Below, in pieces: positions 37,598 to 47,998 of a stretch of 64,000 nucleotides of DNA. How positions within the stretch are numbered: position 1 is the first letter of the stretch; the number at the start of each line of letters is the position of its first letter. A model generated the notes under the pieces. The model worked only from the letters and a program-made list of their open reading frames with translations. It made no database searches and had not been told where the DNA came from. This DNA is from a virus, in IMG/VR virus record IMGVR_UViG_3300047200_000500, positions 1 through 64,000 of that record; one strand, 5' to 3'. The position numbers and the translations under genes are program-made.

Positions 37598-39751
37598 TTA
37601 TAAGCCACCATGGCAATTAGAGCAAGCTGATACTATATATCTAGCTACAGTTAAATCTCCAAAATCTGTTGCATTACCAGTTGATGCTATTGTGACATAA
37701 TCGATGACATTTTTTGCTGTACCTCCTTGATTTCCCCCGCCAAATACTCCTCTTAGTGAACTAGAACATGCAGAACCCCATCCTTTATCAGTTGTTAAAT
37801 CTCCAAATGTTGTAGCATTACCAGTTGAAGCTATTGTTATATAGTCTATAAAATTAGCACTTTCTATGCCACCACCAAATAATCCTCTTGTTGAATTTGA
37901 GCAACCAGCTGGAGTACGTCTTGAAATCGCTAAATTTCCAAAATCTGTAGCATCTCCAATTGAAGATATAGTAACATAATCAATTGTATCAGTTGGTCCA
38001 GTTCCACCACCAAATACCCCACGTGTTGTACTAGAAGAACTGCCTAATGACCCTCTGGCAACAGTTAAATCGCCAAAATCTGTAGCATTACCAGTTGAAG
38101 AAATTGTAATGTAATCTATGACATTACTAGCACTGCCACCCCCAAATAGCCCTCTTGTAGAACTAGAGCAACCTGCAAAACCATCTCTTGCAACTGTCAA
38201 ATCTCCAAAATCAGTTGAATTGCCACTAGTTAATATTGTTACATAGTCAATAATATTTATTGGTGCAAATGAATCATCTTGACCACCACCGAATACCCCT
38301 CTGGTTGAACTTGAACATGATGCTGTGCCATACCTTGAAACTCCTAAATCACCGAAGTCTGTAGCATTACCAGTAAAAGCTATTGAAATGTAGTCAATGA
38401 TATTAGTGATAACAGATAATGCAGTATTATAACCACCTCCAAATATTCCTCTTTGCGAATCGCCAGATGATGAAGATTCAGACGATAAACTTCGTGAAGA
38501 TGTACTAGAAGATGAATTAGATGAAGGTGAGGTAGGTGTTGAGGCAGTTGACTTAGAGGATGAACTTGATGAATTAGATGAAGGTGAAGTAGGTGTTGAA
38601 GCAGTTGACTTAGAAGATGAACTTGATGAATTAGAAGTGGGAGAGGTGGGAGAAGTAGGTGTTGAAGCAGTTGACTTAGAAGATGAACTTGATGAATTAG
38701 AAGTGGGAGAGGTGGGAGAAGTAGGTGTTGATAAAGAAGATGATTCAGATGAAGGCGAGGTAGGAGAAGTAGGCAATGAAAGAGTTGATAAAGAAGATGA
38801 GCTTGATGAATTAGAGGTGGGAGAAGTTGGATATGAAGGAGTTGATAAACTTAATGATTCAGATGAAGGTGAGGTAGGAGAAGTAGGCAATGAAAGAGTT
38901 GATAAAGAAGATGAACTTGATGAATCAGAAGTTGGATATGAAGGAGTTGATAAACTCAATGATTCAGATGAAGGCGAGGTAGGAGAAGTAGGCAATGAAA
39001 GAGTTGATAAAGAAGATGAGCTTGATGAATTAGAGGTGGGAGAAGTTGGATATGAAGGAGTTGATAAAGAACTTGATGAGTTAGATGAAGTAGTTGATAA
39101 ACTTGATGATTCAGATGAAGGCGAGGTAGGAGAAGTTGGAGATGAAGGAGTTAATAAAGAGAGTGATGATAGTGATGAAGATAATGAATTATTGTAAGAC
39201 TTACTGGAAATTGATAGAGAAGAATCAGATTCTGATTTACTTGATGGAAAAGATTTTGAGGAAGACGAATTTGAATCATTTGATGAAGATGAAGAATAAT
39301 TTATCTCTGTTGGACCGCTAGATCCAGTTGTTGTTTTTTCAAAATGGACGAATAATGATGTTATATCTCCATAATCTTTTTGATAAATTAATAATTTGTT
39401 GTTTTTATAAAATTTACTTTCTTGTATTGATTTAATGTAGTTTACTATATCATCTAAATTGTTAATATCAATTTTATTATTTATAAACAAATAAATGCCA
39501 TATCTTGGTTTTAATAATTTACTTGTTTTTATTAAAGAGTCTTTAACCAATCTATAAACAGTGTATTCATCTGAATTTATTGATAATAATGTTATCCCTG
39601 TTAACTTTATTGATAATTTTTTATATTCATTGTTACACACTAATTCATAGTGATTATTGTTATAACTATATAAATCATCTATTTTTATTACTAATAATAA
39701 CTTGTTTAATCCTATTTCAGACGGAGAGGTTGGTTGGCCGAGGTTTGTCAC
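37598..39751 (-). CDS. putative virion fibre: Ser/Thr/Pro linker plus C-terminal ~45-aa repeats (beta-propeller-like)
   Basis: ~280-aa S/T/P tract then 6x SSTRG.FGGG...NVIDY.TI.STGNATDFGDLT.AR. Confidence 0.7.
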   Translation of the reverse strand: MTNLGQPTSPSEIGLNKLLLVIKIDDLYSYNNNHYELVCNNEYKKLSIKLTGITLLSINSDEYTVYRLVKDSLIKTSKLLKPRYGIYLFINNKIDINNLDDIVNYIKSIQESKFYKNNKLLIYQKDYGDITSLFVHFEKTTTGSSGPTEINYSSSSSNDSNSSSSKSFPSSKSESDSSLSISSKSYNNSLSSSLSSLSLLTPSSPTSPTSPSSESSSLSTTSSNSSSSLSTPSYPTSPTSNSSSSSSLSTLSLPTSPTSPSSESLSLSTPSYPTSDSSSSSSLSTLSLPTSPTSPSSESLSLSTPSYPTSPTSNSSSSSSLSTLSLPTSPTSPSSESSSLSTPTSPTSPTSNSSSSSSKSTASTPTSPTSPTSNSSSSSSKSTASTPTSPSSNSSSSSSKSTASTPTSPSSNSSSSTSSRSLSSESSSSGDSQRGIFGGGYNTALSVITNIIDYISIAFTGNATDFGDLGVSRYGTASCSSSTRGVFGGGQDDSFAPINIIDYVTILTSGNSTDFGDLTVARDGFAGCSSSTRGLFGGGSASNVIDYITISSTGNATDFGDLTVARGSLGSSSSTTRGVFGGGTGPTDTIDYVTISSIGDATDFGNLAISRRTPAGCSNSTRGLFGGGIESANFIDYITIASTGNATTFGDLTTDKGWGSACSSSLRGVFGGGNQGGTAKNVIDYVTIASTGNATDFGDLTVARYIVSACSNCHGGL
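38500..39180 (-). repeat. coding tandem repeats (~105-120 bp units and ~55-65 bp units)
   Basis: GATTCAGATGAAGG(C/T)GAGGTAGGAGAAGT recurs four times; SSSKSTASTPTSP recurs three times. Confidence 0.8.
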
Positions 39752-39941
39752 GTTGGCCCGATTGGTTAGTGCCTAAGAAATCTTGTTGATCTGGTTTTAC
39801 TGGAGTGTCTTGATTGCCTGATCTATTTATTTTTTCTGATTCATCTTTTTGGTTTGTTGCTATATCTTTATTAATAGTTGATTTAGCAGTTCTGTACTTG
39901 TCGATGGATTGCTGCAGTTTATTTATATTATCAAGCTTCAT
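39717..39941 (-). CDS. hypothetical protein
   Basis: overlapping co-oriented ORF. Confidence 0.45.
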   Translation of the reverse strand: MKLDNINKLQQSIDKYRTAKSTINKDIATNQKDESEKINRSGNQDTPVKPDQQDFLGTNQSGQRDKPRPTNLSV

Positions 39942-40428
39942 TTTTAACTGGCCTAGTATTTTTTGGTTCTATGCCAGTAAATGGTTCATTCTCACCACTA
40001 AAAGTTTCTTTAGAAGTTGGAGTTGGTGGCTTATTATTTGGTGTTTCCATTGACTTTTTGATTTTATCAAGATTACTTGGGTATCCAACATCTTCTTCTT
40101 TATATGATTTAGCAATTTTTTCAACAGCAGAAGTTGCAATATCAATATCTTTTTGTGGAACTCCTTGGGCCTTTAATTCATTTGATAACATATGTCCGAA
40201 ATGATTATCATTAATCCACTTAATACTATGAATTTTTCTGAATGAACTAGTTAATGGAAGGAAATAATCAGAGTCCTTTGCTTCTAATGCGAATTTGTCG
40301 TTTATTTCTTCCCATTGAAATTGTACATTGTGATCAGCTTCAGATGGCTTTTTGTGTTCTTCAGTGATAGGGACTAATTCTAACATGTTTTTGAATGTCT
40401 CAAGTAATAATTTTTCATTTTGGTTCAT
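39931..40428 (-). CDS. hypothetical protein
   Basis: 165-aa ORF. Confidence 0.6.
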   Translation of the reverse strand: MNQNEKLLLETFKNMLELVPITEEHKKPSEADHNVQFQWEEINDKFALEAKDSDYFLPLTSSFRKIHSIKWINDNHFGHMLSNELKAQGVPQKDIDIATSAVEKIAKSYKEEDVGYPSNLDKIKKSMETPNNKPPTPTSKETFSGENEPFTGIEPKNTRPVKNEA

Positions 40429-40467
40429 GATTTAGCCCTGTGTAAATAGATTTGATTAGGTAAAAAT

Positions 40468-40731
40468 ATGCAAAGAACTACTTTTGAAAGATTTGACATA
40501 GTATCAATTATTACTACTAAAAATGTTAAGTGGATGTGCGATTTGCCTGGTAAGTACCCAGATCCTAAAGGACCTTGGACAATAGTATGTACATTTCCTA
40601 GATCTGGTGAAATATTAATACAAAAGAACACTGCTTTAGCTAGAATTCCTGCAGCTGACACAATAAAAGTTGCAAATTATGAATTAGAGAATGTATTTAA
40701 TAAAATCGACGAATTACCTAAAGGAATATGA
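40468..40731 (+). CDS. hypothetical SH3-like protein
   Basis: ATGA-coupled to recA. Confidence 0.55.
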   Translation: MQRTTFERFDIVSIITTKNVKWMCDLPGKYPDPKGPWTIVCTFPRSGEILIQKNTALARIPAADTIKVANYELENVFNKIDELPKGI

Positions 40732-41759
40732 CCATGGCTAAGGACAAAGAAAAAGTTAAAACGAAGGAAGAAATAGAGGATCTTGATTCAGTTCTTAAAG
40801 AAATTAATGGAAAAGATGGCGGATTAATTAAACTTGGTGGTGAGACAGATAAGGTAGAATCACTTACAACTGGGTCAATATCGTTAGATCGAGCTATTGG
40901 CATTGGTGGTTTTCCAAGAGGTAGAATTATTGAAATTTATGGTCCAGAAGCTTCAGGAAAGACCACAATTGCTCTTGGTGCCATAGCAGAAGCCCAAAGG
41001 GCTGGTCATAAAGTAGCCTTTCTTGATATGGAACATGCTCTTGACCCCAAAATGGCTAGGGGTATTGGTGTTGATTGGGATAAACTTCTTTTTTCTCAGC
41101 CTAATTATGGCGAGCAATGCCTTGATATAGCTTGTAAATTAGTTGCGACTGGCAAATTAGCAATCGTGGTTATTGACAGTGTGGCTGCTCTTATTCCTAA
41201 GGTTGAATTAGATGGTGAAATGGATGATGTTCAAATGGGTGCAATGGCCAAGATGATGGCTAAAGGTCTTCGTAAGCTTGTTCCAGTATGCCAAGAGACT
41301 GGTACAATGGTAATATTTATTAATCAGCTTCGTGAGAAATTGGGAGTGATGTTTGGAAACCCAGAAACTACTCCTGGGGGTAAAGCTCTTAGATTTGCCG
41401 CTTCAGTTAGATTAGATGTTAGAAGAAAAGAACAAATCAAAGATGGTGAAAGAGTTCTTGGAAATCATCTTAAAGTTAAGGTGGTCAAGAATAAGGTAGC
41501 TGAACCGCACCATGTGGCTGAAGTTGATCTTTATTTTGGTAAGGGTATTGATAATTTGAAAGATGTTATTGAATCTGCCATTGAATTAAATATCATTATT
41601 AAAAAGGGTTCTAGTTATTTTGAATATGGTGACATTAAAGCTGCTGGTAAGGATAAATTAATCTCTGCTCTCAATGCTGAACCAGCCAAACGTAAAGAAC
41701 TTGAAGATGGTGTTCGTGCCAGATTTGGAGAACTTAAGGTAGTAATTGAGTCTGATTGA
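40728..41759 (+). CDS. recA: RecA recombinase
   Basis: GRIIEIYGPEASGKTT, DMEHALDP, VIDSVAAL, FINQLREKLGVMFGNPETTPGGKALRF, KNKVA. Confidence 0.97.
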   Translation: MTMAKDKEKVKTKEEIEDLDSVLKEINGKDGGLIKLGGETDKVESLTTGSISLDRAIGIGGFPRGRIIEIYGPEASGKTTIALGAIAEAQRAGHKVAFLDMEHALDPKMARGIGVDWDKLLFSQPNYGEQCLDIACKLVATGKLAIVVIDSVAALIPKVELDGEMDDVQMGAMAKMMAKGLRKLVPVCQETGTMVIFINQLREKLGVMFGNPETTPGGKALRFAASVRLDVRRKEQIKDGERVLGNHLKVKVVKNKVAEPHHVAEVDLYFGKGIDNLKDVIESAIELNIIIKKGSSYFEYGDIKAAGKDKLISALNAEPAKRKELEDGVRARFGELKVVIESD

Positions 41760-41790
41760 TTGGATAGATCGATAGTTCAAATCTAAGTAA

Positions 41791-42522
41791 ATGACAACCA
41801 ATAATACTAATATTATTGATATTCCAAAACCAAGATTTGGCATAAACCAGATAGTTTATATCAGGGAGAGTGCTCTTAATGGTTATTTGGAACCTCAAAG
41901 AATAGTACTGGCATATTTTGATCCTGACATAGGTAAGTATTGGTATTCTTTTAAATTTAAAAAATCTCCGCCAGTTACTCAAACAGTTGGCGATATTATT
42001 GATCTAAAAACTAAAAACCAAATCCAAATATTGGAAGATGATTTATGTAAATATGAGGAAGCACTTACTTTAAAGAGCAATTTTTTAACTGCGGAATTAA
42101 AAAAGACATCAGACCAATTACATGGTATAACTGGTGGACCAGAAATTGATGTTTTTGGTAATAATCATAATATTACAGATCATGACCTAACGCCAAGTCC
42201 AGATGACTTTACAGATTTTGGTGAACAAGTAGTTGATGATGATCTTGCCCATGGGTTAATTAGACCGCTTGAGATAAGAAATAATGGAAATTTTGATCTT
42301 CTTTTATTAGGTAATCCATTAGTTAAAATTGTTGGAGATGATGATTTCTCAGTAATTTCTCAACCAGTTGGTACAATTTCAGCAGGCACCACTTCTGTTT
42401 TTAGAATAGCATTCAAACCATTAATTATTGGTAGGAGAGTAGCAACAGTTCTTATAGCGTCCAATGATAGTAAAGACAGTATGTTTACTTTTGTTATTCA
42501 AGGGCAGGGTATTTCTCCATAG
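41791..42522 (+). CDS. protein with C-terminal Ig-like (choice-of-anchor D/ASH-type) domain
   Basis: PEIDVFGN...TP...DFTDFG...IRNNG..DL.L...DFSV.SQP...F.P...G.R.ATV.IASND...F.F.IQG. Confidence 0.65.
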   Translation: MTTNNTNIIDIPKPRFGINQIVYIRESALNGYLEPQRIVLAYFDPDIGKYWYSFKFKKSPPVTQTVGDIIDLKTKNQIQILEDDLCKYEEALTLKSNFLTAELKKTSDQLHGITGGPEIDVFGNNHNITDHDLTPSPDDFTDFGEQVVDDDLAHGLIRPLEIRNNGNFDLLLLGNPLVKIVGDDDFSVISQPVGTISAGTTSVFRIAFKPLIIGRRVATVLIASNDSKDSMFTFVIQGQGISP

Positions 42523-42536
42523 TATTTAAATATTCT

Positions 42537-43841
42537 ATGTCAGAGTTTAGCAAGTTTGAAGAAGAAAATATAATCCTATTAGCTTTAGAAAGTCCTGAAT
42601 TTTTTCATAGAATAGCTTCATTCATGAAGGCTGAATATTTTGTATCTGAAGAAGCACAATATTTGATGAAGTTATATTGTGAATATTATGAAAAATATGA
42701 TGAAGTTCCAACTAGAGAAATGGTTAAGAATATGGTTTATAAAGAATTGACTGTTGATGATCCAATATCAAAACCAATCATTGAAATAATTGACAGGGAA
42801 TTAGATCCAAGAAATGCTCCATTTATTAAACAACATATAATTAAATGGGCCAAACAAAAGCAAATTTCATTGCTTTATGATGATACAGTAATGGAAAGAG
42901 TTAAAGCTGGTGATTTTGAATCAATAGAACAAATAGTTGATGATGCGGCTAAAATCAGTGACACTATTATTAGACCGTTTAATTTTTTCAAAGATGTGGA
43001 TCAATTATTTGAAATTGAAGATAGAGATTATTTTACAACTGGGTTTCCAAGAATTGATAAAGAGATACATGATAAGGGGCCATGTAGGAGAGAGGTGATT
43101 TGTTTTGTTGCACCAACTGGTGTAGGTAAAAGTTTTACAATGGCCAATGCTGCAATAGCTAATGTAATGGCTGGAAGAAATGTGCTTCATGTTTCACTTG
43201 AAAATGACGAAAAAGTAACTGGAAATAGGTATCTTGGAGCGTTCACTAATTCACCAATAAGAACAAGAGTTGAAAATAAAAATGATATTAAAGAAAAAGT
43301 TAGAAAGATTAGAACATCAACTAATTCAGACTTGTATATTCTGTTTTTTCCAACAGATTCTATTACTGTTGATACAATTGAATTATCTATGAAGGAGTTA
43401 CGTAAACAATATAATTTTGTTCCTGATGTTTTGTGTGTTGATTATCTTGAATGTTTATTATCAAAGGTTTCATCTAAAAACAAAGATGATTATGGAAGAC
43501 AAAAATCAGTATCAAGTGAATTCAGAGCATTAGTTGCTAAAACCAATACTTTGGGAATAACCGCTAGCCAATCTAATAGAAGTTCGGTTAGTGGAGAAGG
43601 TGGCCCAATTAATTTAGATAAGTTGGCAGAATCGTTTGGAAAGTCAATGCCGATGGATGCGGTGATAAGTTTGAACCAAACAACTGAAGAATATACAGGA
43701 GCTAATGCTGGGCAACAATCTCATATTGGACGTATAAGATTATTTATGGCTAAAAATAGAAATGGTAGAAAGGGATTCATAGTTAATACTAGTATTAACT
43801 ATGCAACAATGAAAATGATGGAAGATTCAACATCTTCATGA
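42537..43841 (+). CDS. replicative DnaB/gp41-like helicase
   Basis: TGF..ID, APTGVGKS, SLE, VDY, ASQSNR, AES, KNRNG. Confidence 0.9.
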   Translation: MSEFSKFEEENIILLALESPEFFHRIASFMKAEYFVSEEAQYLMKLYCEYYEKYDEVPTREMVKNMVYKELTVDDPISKPIIEIIDRELDPRNAPFIKQHIIKWAKQKQISLLYDDTVMERVKAGDFESIEQIVDDAAKISDTIIRPFNFFKDVDQLFEIEDRDYFTTGFPRIDKEIHDKGPCRREVICFVAPTGVGKSFTMANAAIANVMAGRNVLHVSLENDEKVTGNRYLGAFTNSPIRTRVENKNDIKEKVRKIRTSTNSDLYILFFPTDSITVDTIELSMKELRKQYNFVPDVLCVDYLECLLSKVSSKNKDDYGRQKSVSSEFRALVAKTNTLGITASQSNRSSVSGEGGPINLDKLAESFGKSMPMDAVISLNQTTEEYTGANAGQQSHIGRIRLFMAKNRNGRKGFIVNTSINYATMKMMEDSTSS

Positions 43842-43844
43842 GAT

Positions 43845-44381
43845 ATGAAAATGACTAGACGATCTATAAGAGAATGGAATTTGATGTATCATTATATAAC
43901 ATTGACAGATGGCAATATTGCTGAAATTGGAGCACATAAAGGTGATACGACCATATTAATGGCAACAAATTTTCCAAATAAGACAATTTATGCTATTGAT
44001 TATACTGGCGGAATTACAATGCCAAAAGATCAGCAACATGAAAAACCACCTATAGTTGCTGAACGTGCTGTTCATATGCCAAATGTTACGGTTATAGATC
44101 ATAATTCAAGAACTTTGGACTTTAATAAATTAAATAATATAACAACGTTTTTTATTGATGGTGACCATTCATATCAAGGTGTAAAATCTGATACAGAAAA
44201 TTCTATTAAATATTTAAAGTCACATAATGGTGGATATATATTAATGCATGATTATAGACTTGATGATAAATATCCATGGATGGGAGTTAGAAAATATGTT
44301 GATGAATTGAATGAATTTGAAATAATAAAACCTTCACGTACAGTTTTGGCTATATTTAGCGTTAAGAAAGTTAAAATCTAA
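43845..44381 (+). CDS. class I SAM methyltransferase (Methyltransf_24-like)
   Basis: EIGAHKG, FIDGDHSY, MHDY, GV. Confidence 0.8.
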   Translation: MKMTRRSIREWNLMYHYITLTDGNIAEIGAHKGDTTILMATNFPNKTIYAIDYTGGITMPKDQQHEKPPIVAERAVHMPNVTVIDHNSRTLDFNKLNNITTFFIDGDHSYQGVKSDTENSIKYLKSHNGGYILMHDYRLDDKYPWMGVRKYVDELNEFEIIKPSRTVLAIFSVKKVKI

Positions 44382-45141
44382 GCCCTTCTTCTTTATTGTC
44401 CATCATTTTGTGTTTAAATTTTTTACCAGATGTTCCTAAGCATGATTTACAACAATCAAGTGGATTTTCATCTTTTATGTAATTGATCAATCTATTTTCT
44501 AGATCATTTTGATGAATTATGCAACCATCGTTTTTGTATTTTCTATTAATATTTCTAATTTTATCATAATTTTCTTGAATTAATGGTTTTGCACATTTAT
44601 AATAATAACCATTGCTAAATGTATGACAACTCCACGAATTAGTTATTTCACATTCATTGTATGTTTTTAACGTAGTTTGTTCGTCATTATCGTATTGTAA
44701 ATTGGTCAATCTAAAAGTATCATGAATTTTTAATTTGAATCTGAATTTGCTATTTAATTGTCTTTTGATTAATTCTTCTTGTATCTTGAAGTAATCAGCA
44801 TTTTTATAAATGCTAACTTCAATAAAGTCTAAATTATTGAATAATTCATCATTTTGTCTATGTAATAAAAGACCATTTGTGCATATTCCAATATCGTTTG
44901 ATATATTTGTCGATTTCGCAAACTTTAAAAAATCAATCAGTCTGTTATCTAATAATGGTTCACCACCAAGTATTCTGAATTTTTTTACTTTCAGCACCTT
45001 AGATAATTTTGTAATGTCTTGTTTAAATGATTCGAAATTAGCTTTATCATTTTTAATAAATGGCGAATCCCTGGTGCATCCCAAACATGTGTTGTTACAC
45101 ATATTTGTTATATTGAATTCAATGTATTTTCTAATAATCAT
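44371..45141 (-). CDS. radical SAM protein
   Basis: CNNTCLGC, GGEPLL, TNG, C-terminal Cys cluster. Confidence 0.85.
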   Translation of the reverse strand: MIIRKYIEFNITNMCNNTCLGCTRDSPFIKNDKANFESFKQDITKLSKVLKVKKFRILGGEPLLDNRLIDFLKFAKSTNISNDIGICTNGLLLHRQNDELFNNLDFIEVSIYKNADYFKIQEELIKRQLNSKFRFKLKIHDTFRLTNLQYDNDEQTTLKTYNECEITNSWSCHTFSNGYYYKCAKPLIQENYDKIRNINRKYKNDGCIIHQNDLENRLINYIKDENPLDCCKSCLGTSGKKFKHKMMDNKEEGLRF

Positions 45142-45155
45142 AGTATTTGAATCAT

Positions 45156-45458
45156 ATGGATTTCTTAGTTATCAATGAACATAAACAAAAAATTAATTAT
45201 TATTTGTTACCTAAAAAATCTAATGATGATCTATTAATAAATATACCGCTTATTATATTAGAACCAATTGCAGATTGGATTAATAAGAAATTTAAGTCAG
45301 ATGTTTATTTATTGTTGGGTATTTCGAAGTACACATTGAAAGATGCATATGTTAATGAACATAAAATTTTTATAAATAGATATAGTTTAGAATCTCGTGA
45401 AATAAAGGTTAAATTTAATATCATGATCAGTGGATATATAAAAAGTATTTCAAAGTAA
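45156..45458 (+). CDS. hypothetical protein
   Basis: GTATTTGA 13 nt before ATG 45156. Confidence 0.45.
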   Translation: MDFLVINEHKQKINYYLLPKKSNDDLLINIPLIILEPIADWINKKFKSDVYLLLGISKYTLKDAYVNEHKIFINRYSLESREIKVKFNIMISGYIKSISK

Positions 45459-45467
45459 GGAGAATAT

Positions 45468-46175
45468 ATGCATTTTGTCATTGGTACACCAATGTATGGA
45501 GGAATGTGCACTAGTGAATATGTTCAGTCATTGTTAGCTTTAAAAAGTGGAATGGAACAAAGTGGTCACAAAGTTACTTGTATTTTTCTTGGTAACGAAA
45601 GTTTAATACAACGTGGACGCAATACTGTTGCTTGGCATTTTTTGAATACTGACTCGACACATCTTATATTCATAGATGCGGATATTAAATTTAGGCCAGA
45701 AGATGTCGCAAAAATGATAATGGCAGATAAGCCGATCATTGTTGGACCAGCACCAATGAAAGGAATTAATTGGGATCGTGTAAGAGATGGGGCATTACAT
45801 AAATATGATAATTTATCTAAATTGACTGGAATTTTTGCTATTACAGAACTTGAAGGCCATGTCATGAAGAATAGTAACGAACCGTTTCAAATAAAACATG
45901 GCGGGACAGGATTCATGATGATTCGCAGAGATGTTTTTAAAGATTTATCAAAACATGTCGGAAAGTATAATAATGGTGGATCTAGTATACCGCCAGGATC
46001 TGAAGTGTTTGATTTTTTTCAAGTTTGTGTTAAAGATGGCATATTGTTATCTGAGGATTATTTCTTTTGTGATAAGTATAGATCAATTGGCGGAACAGTT
46101 TGGGCTGCACCGTGGTGTGAATTAGGTCATTTTGGCTCATATTTGTTTAGTGGCTGTTATTCTAGTAAATATTAA
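45468..46175 (+). CDS. GT-A fold glycosyltransferase-like phage protein
   Basis: TPMYGG, ESLIQRGRN, FIDAD, GTGFMMIRR, LSEDYFFC, HFG; AAGGAG RBS. Confidence 0.8.
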   Translation: MHFVIGTPMYGGMCTSEYVQSLLALKSGMEQSGHKVTCIFLGNESLIQRGRNTVAWHFLNTDSTHLIFIDADIKFRPEDVAKMIMADKPIIVGPAPMKGINWDRVRDGALHKYDNLSKLTGIFAITELEGHVMKNSNEPFQIKHGGTGFMMIRRDVFKDLSKHVGKYNNGGSSIPPGSEVFDFFQVCVKDGILLSEDYFFCDKYRSIGGTVWAAPWCELGHFGSYLFSGCYSSKY

Positions 46176-46189
46176 ACAAGAGAGATAAA

Positions 46190-46879
46190 ATGCCCAAATA
46201 TCAATATTCATGTGATAAATGTTCTGTACATTGCCCTATTGATGGTGGCAGTACATCAAGCAATTCGCAAATTAAAAATTATGACCCTGAAATGATGAAG
46301 CCTGGATATCATCCAGAAACCGGAGAATACATATTTTTTATTGAATGTACAATGAATGATAAACCCGCTAAACCAAAATGCCCAAACTGCAATTCTAATA
46401 AAAATGTTCATGTCAATTTTACAGATATTGGTGTGCAATGTTATGTTAGAGGTGACGGTCTTGTAAAAGACAAAGCTGGTGCTAGAAGAGATATGAATAG
46501 ACATAAGTTAAAACATGAAGATCCATATGCCACAATGAGAGTAGCAGGTGAAAAAGATTATTTAGATAATAAATTTAGACGTGGTGGAATAAATATTGAA
46601 ACTAAGAGTAATACAACTTCTATAAAAGTTGCCCAGGGGAAGAGAGCATCAGAGTTACAAAAAGAAGTAAATTCATTAAATGACATTGAAAAGAAAATTA
46701 TAGTTCACGTTTTTAAAAATGAAGAATCGACTACCACAGAGTTGTCAAAGTATTCAGATGATATAAATAAATATCTTACTGGTTTAAATAATAAGTATAT
46801 ATATTACAATTCAAAAAAACAAATTTGGTCAACGCTTGCTAGTGGTAATGGAATATATGAGACTATTATCGGTATTTGA
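46190..46879 (+). CDS. FmdB-like Zn-ribbon protein with C-terminal winged helix
   Basis: MPKYQYSCDKC...CPNC. Confidence 0.6.
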   Translation: MPKYQYSCDKCSVHCPIDGGSTSSNSQIKNYDPEMMKPGYHPETGEYIFFIECTMNDKPAKPKCPNCNSNKNVHVNFTDIGVQCYVRGDGLVKDKAGARRDMNRHKLKHEDPYATMRVAGEKDYLDNKFRRGGINIETKSNTTSIKVAQGKRASELQKEVNSLNDIEKKIIVHVFKNEESTTTELSKYSDDINKYLTGLNNKYIYYNSKKQIWSTLASGNGIYETIIGI

Positions 46880-46885
46880 TAATGG

Positions 46886-47998
46886 ATGATTGTTATCGTA
46901 GTTTCATGGAAAAATGATAAACCTACTAAATATTCTATATTTAAAGATAAAATATTAATTAAATCATCTGATCTCTGGAAATCCGGCACAAACAAGAAAA
47001 TAATAGATGTTAAAAAAGAAGAAAGCACTTTAATAAAATTATTGTTATCTCTTGATGAATTCGTCATTGTTAATTTTAAAAAATTTATAGATTATTTTAA
47101 AATAATTGAATTTAATACTGTTTATGATTATCCTGGTGATATTGAAGATGATAAGCATTTAGAATTTGTCGAGGCCAATTGGGAAGAATTTGGCAAAGTG
47201 TGGCAAAAATTAAGATCACAAGCTGCTATTGTTTATCATAAACTAGAGAGGAAAGGTGTAATGTATGAACACAAATTAATGAAACCTGCATATGATATGA
47301 ATGTCTTTAGCGGAAGGTCAAGTACAACAGGGTTTAATATTCAAGGTTGTAATAAAGAATTTAATATTACACATATTAATCCTAGAAATAATGTTTTTAT
47401 TCATTTTGACTGGATGGCTGCGGATCATAGAATAGCAGCAATTTTATCAAATGATCAAGATTTACTTGGGTGCTATAAAGATTCGGATCCTTATACTTAT
47501 ATAGTTAACATTTTGGATGGTGAAGTTGACAGAGATCAGTGTAAAAGTGAGTTCATGCAGGCTGTATATGGGCTAAATCCAGACCATGAAATTTTATCTG
47601 TATTCCCATCATTTCGTGATTGGATTGCGGAAAAGGTTAAAGAATTAAATGATATTGGATATGTCAGGTCAATGCTTGGTAGAAAATATGAAACCGATAA
47701 AACTGTAAAAGGAAACAGAAGGGCATTTAATAGTATTATGCAAGGTGGTGTGGCCCATGCTATGAATAATGTAATTTATAAGATAGATCATGAATTTGGT
47801 GAAATAATTTTAACAGAACAACATGACTCTCTTACTTTGTGTGTGAATGAATTGATGATTGTAAAAACTATTAAGGGCGTATCTGATATTATGCTACATC
47901 CATTTCATGGTATTTTAGAAAATAACCCCACTATGCCATTGCGTGTACACATAGGTAAACGTTGGCGTGAGTACAAACAAGTAAAGGAGATAAGATGA
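46886..47998 (+). CDS. minimal family A DNA polymerase
   Basis: SGRSST..NIQ, motif A FDWMAADHR, motif B R..CK....VYG, AFNSIMQG, motif C QHDS. Confidence 0.75.
   Translation: MIVIVVSWKNDKPTKYSIFKDKILIKSSDLWKSGTNKKIIDVKKEESTLIKLLLSLDEFVIVNFKKFIDYFKIIEFNTVYDYPGDIEDDKHLEFVEANWEEFGKVWQKLRSQAAIVYHKLERKGVMYEHKLMKPAYDMNVFSGRSSTTGFNIQGCNKEFNITHINPRNNVFIHFDWMAADHRIAAILSNDQDLLGCYKDSDPYTYIVNILDGEVDRDQCKSEFMQAVYGLNPDHEILSVFPSFRDWIAEKVKELNDIGYVRSMLGRKYETDKTVKGNRRAFNSIMQGGVAHAMNNVIYKIDHEFGEIILTEQHDSLTLCVNELMIVKTIKGVSDIMLHPFHGILENNPTMPLRVHIGKRWREYKQVKEIR

Noticed and set aside
38637-39197. Acidic 186-aa + strand ORF, and similar ones at 21546-21843
   Set aside because: Antisense shadows of Ser/Pro-rich repeats
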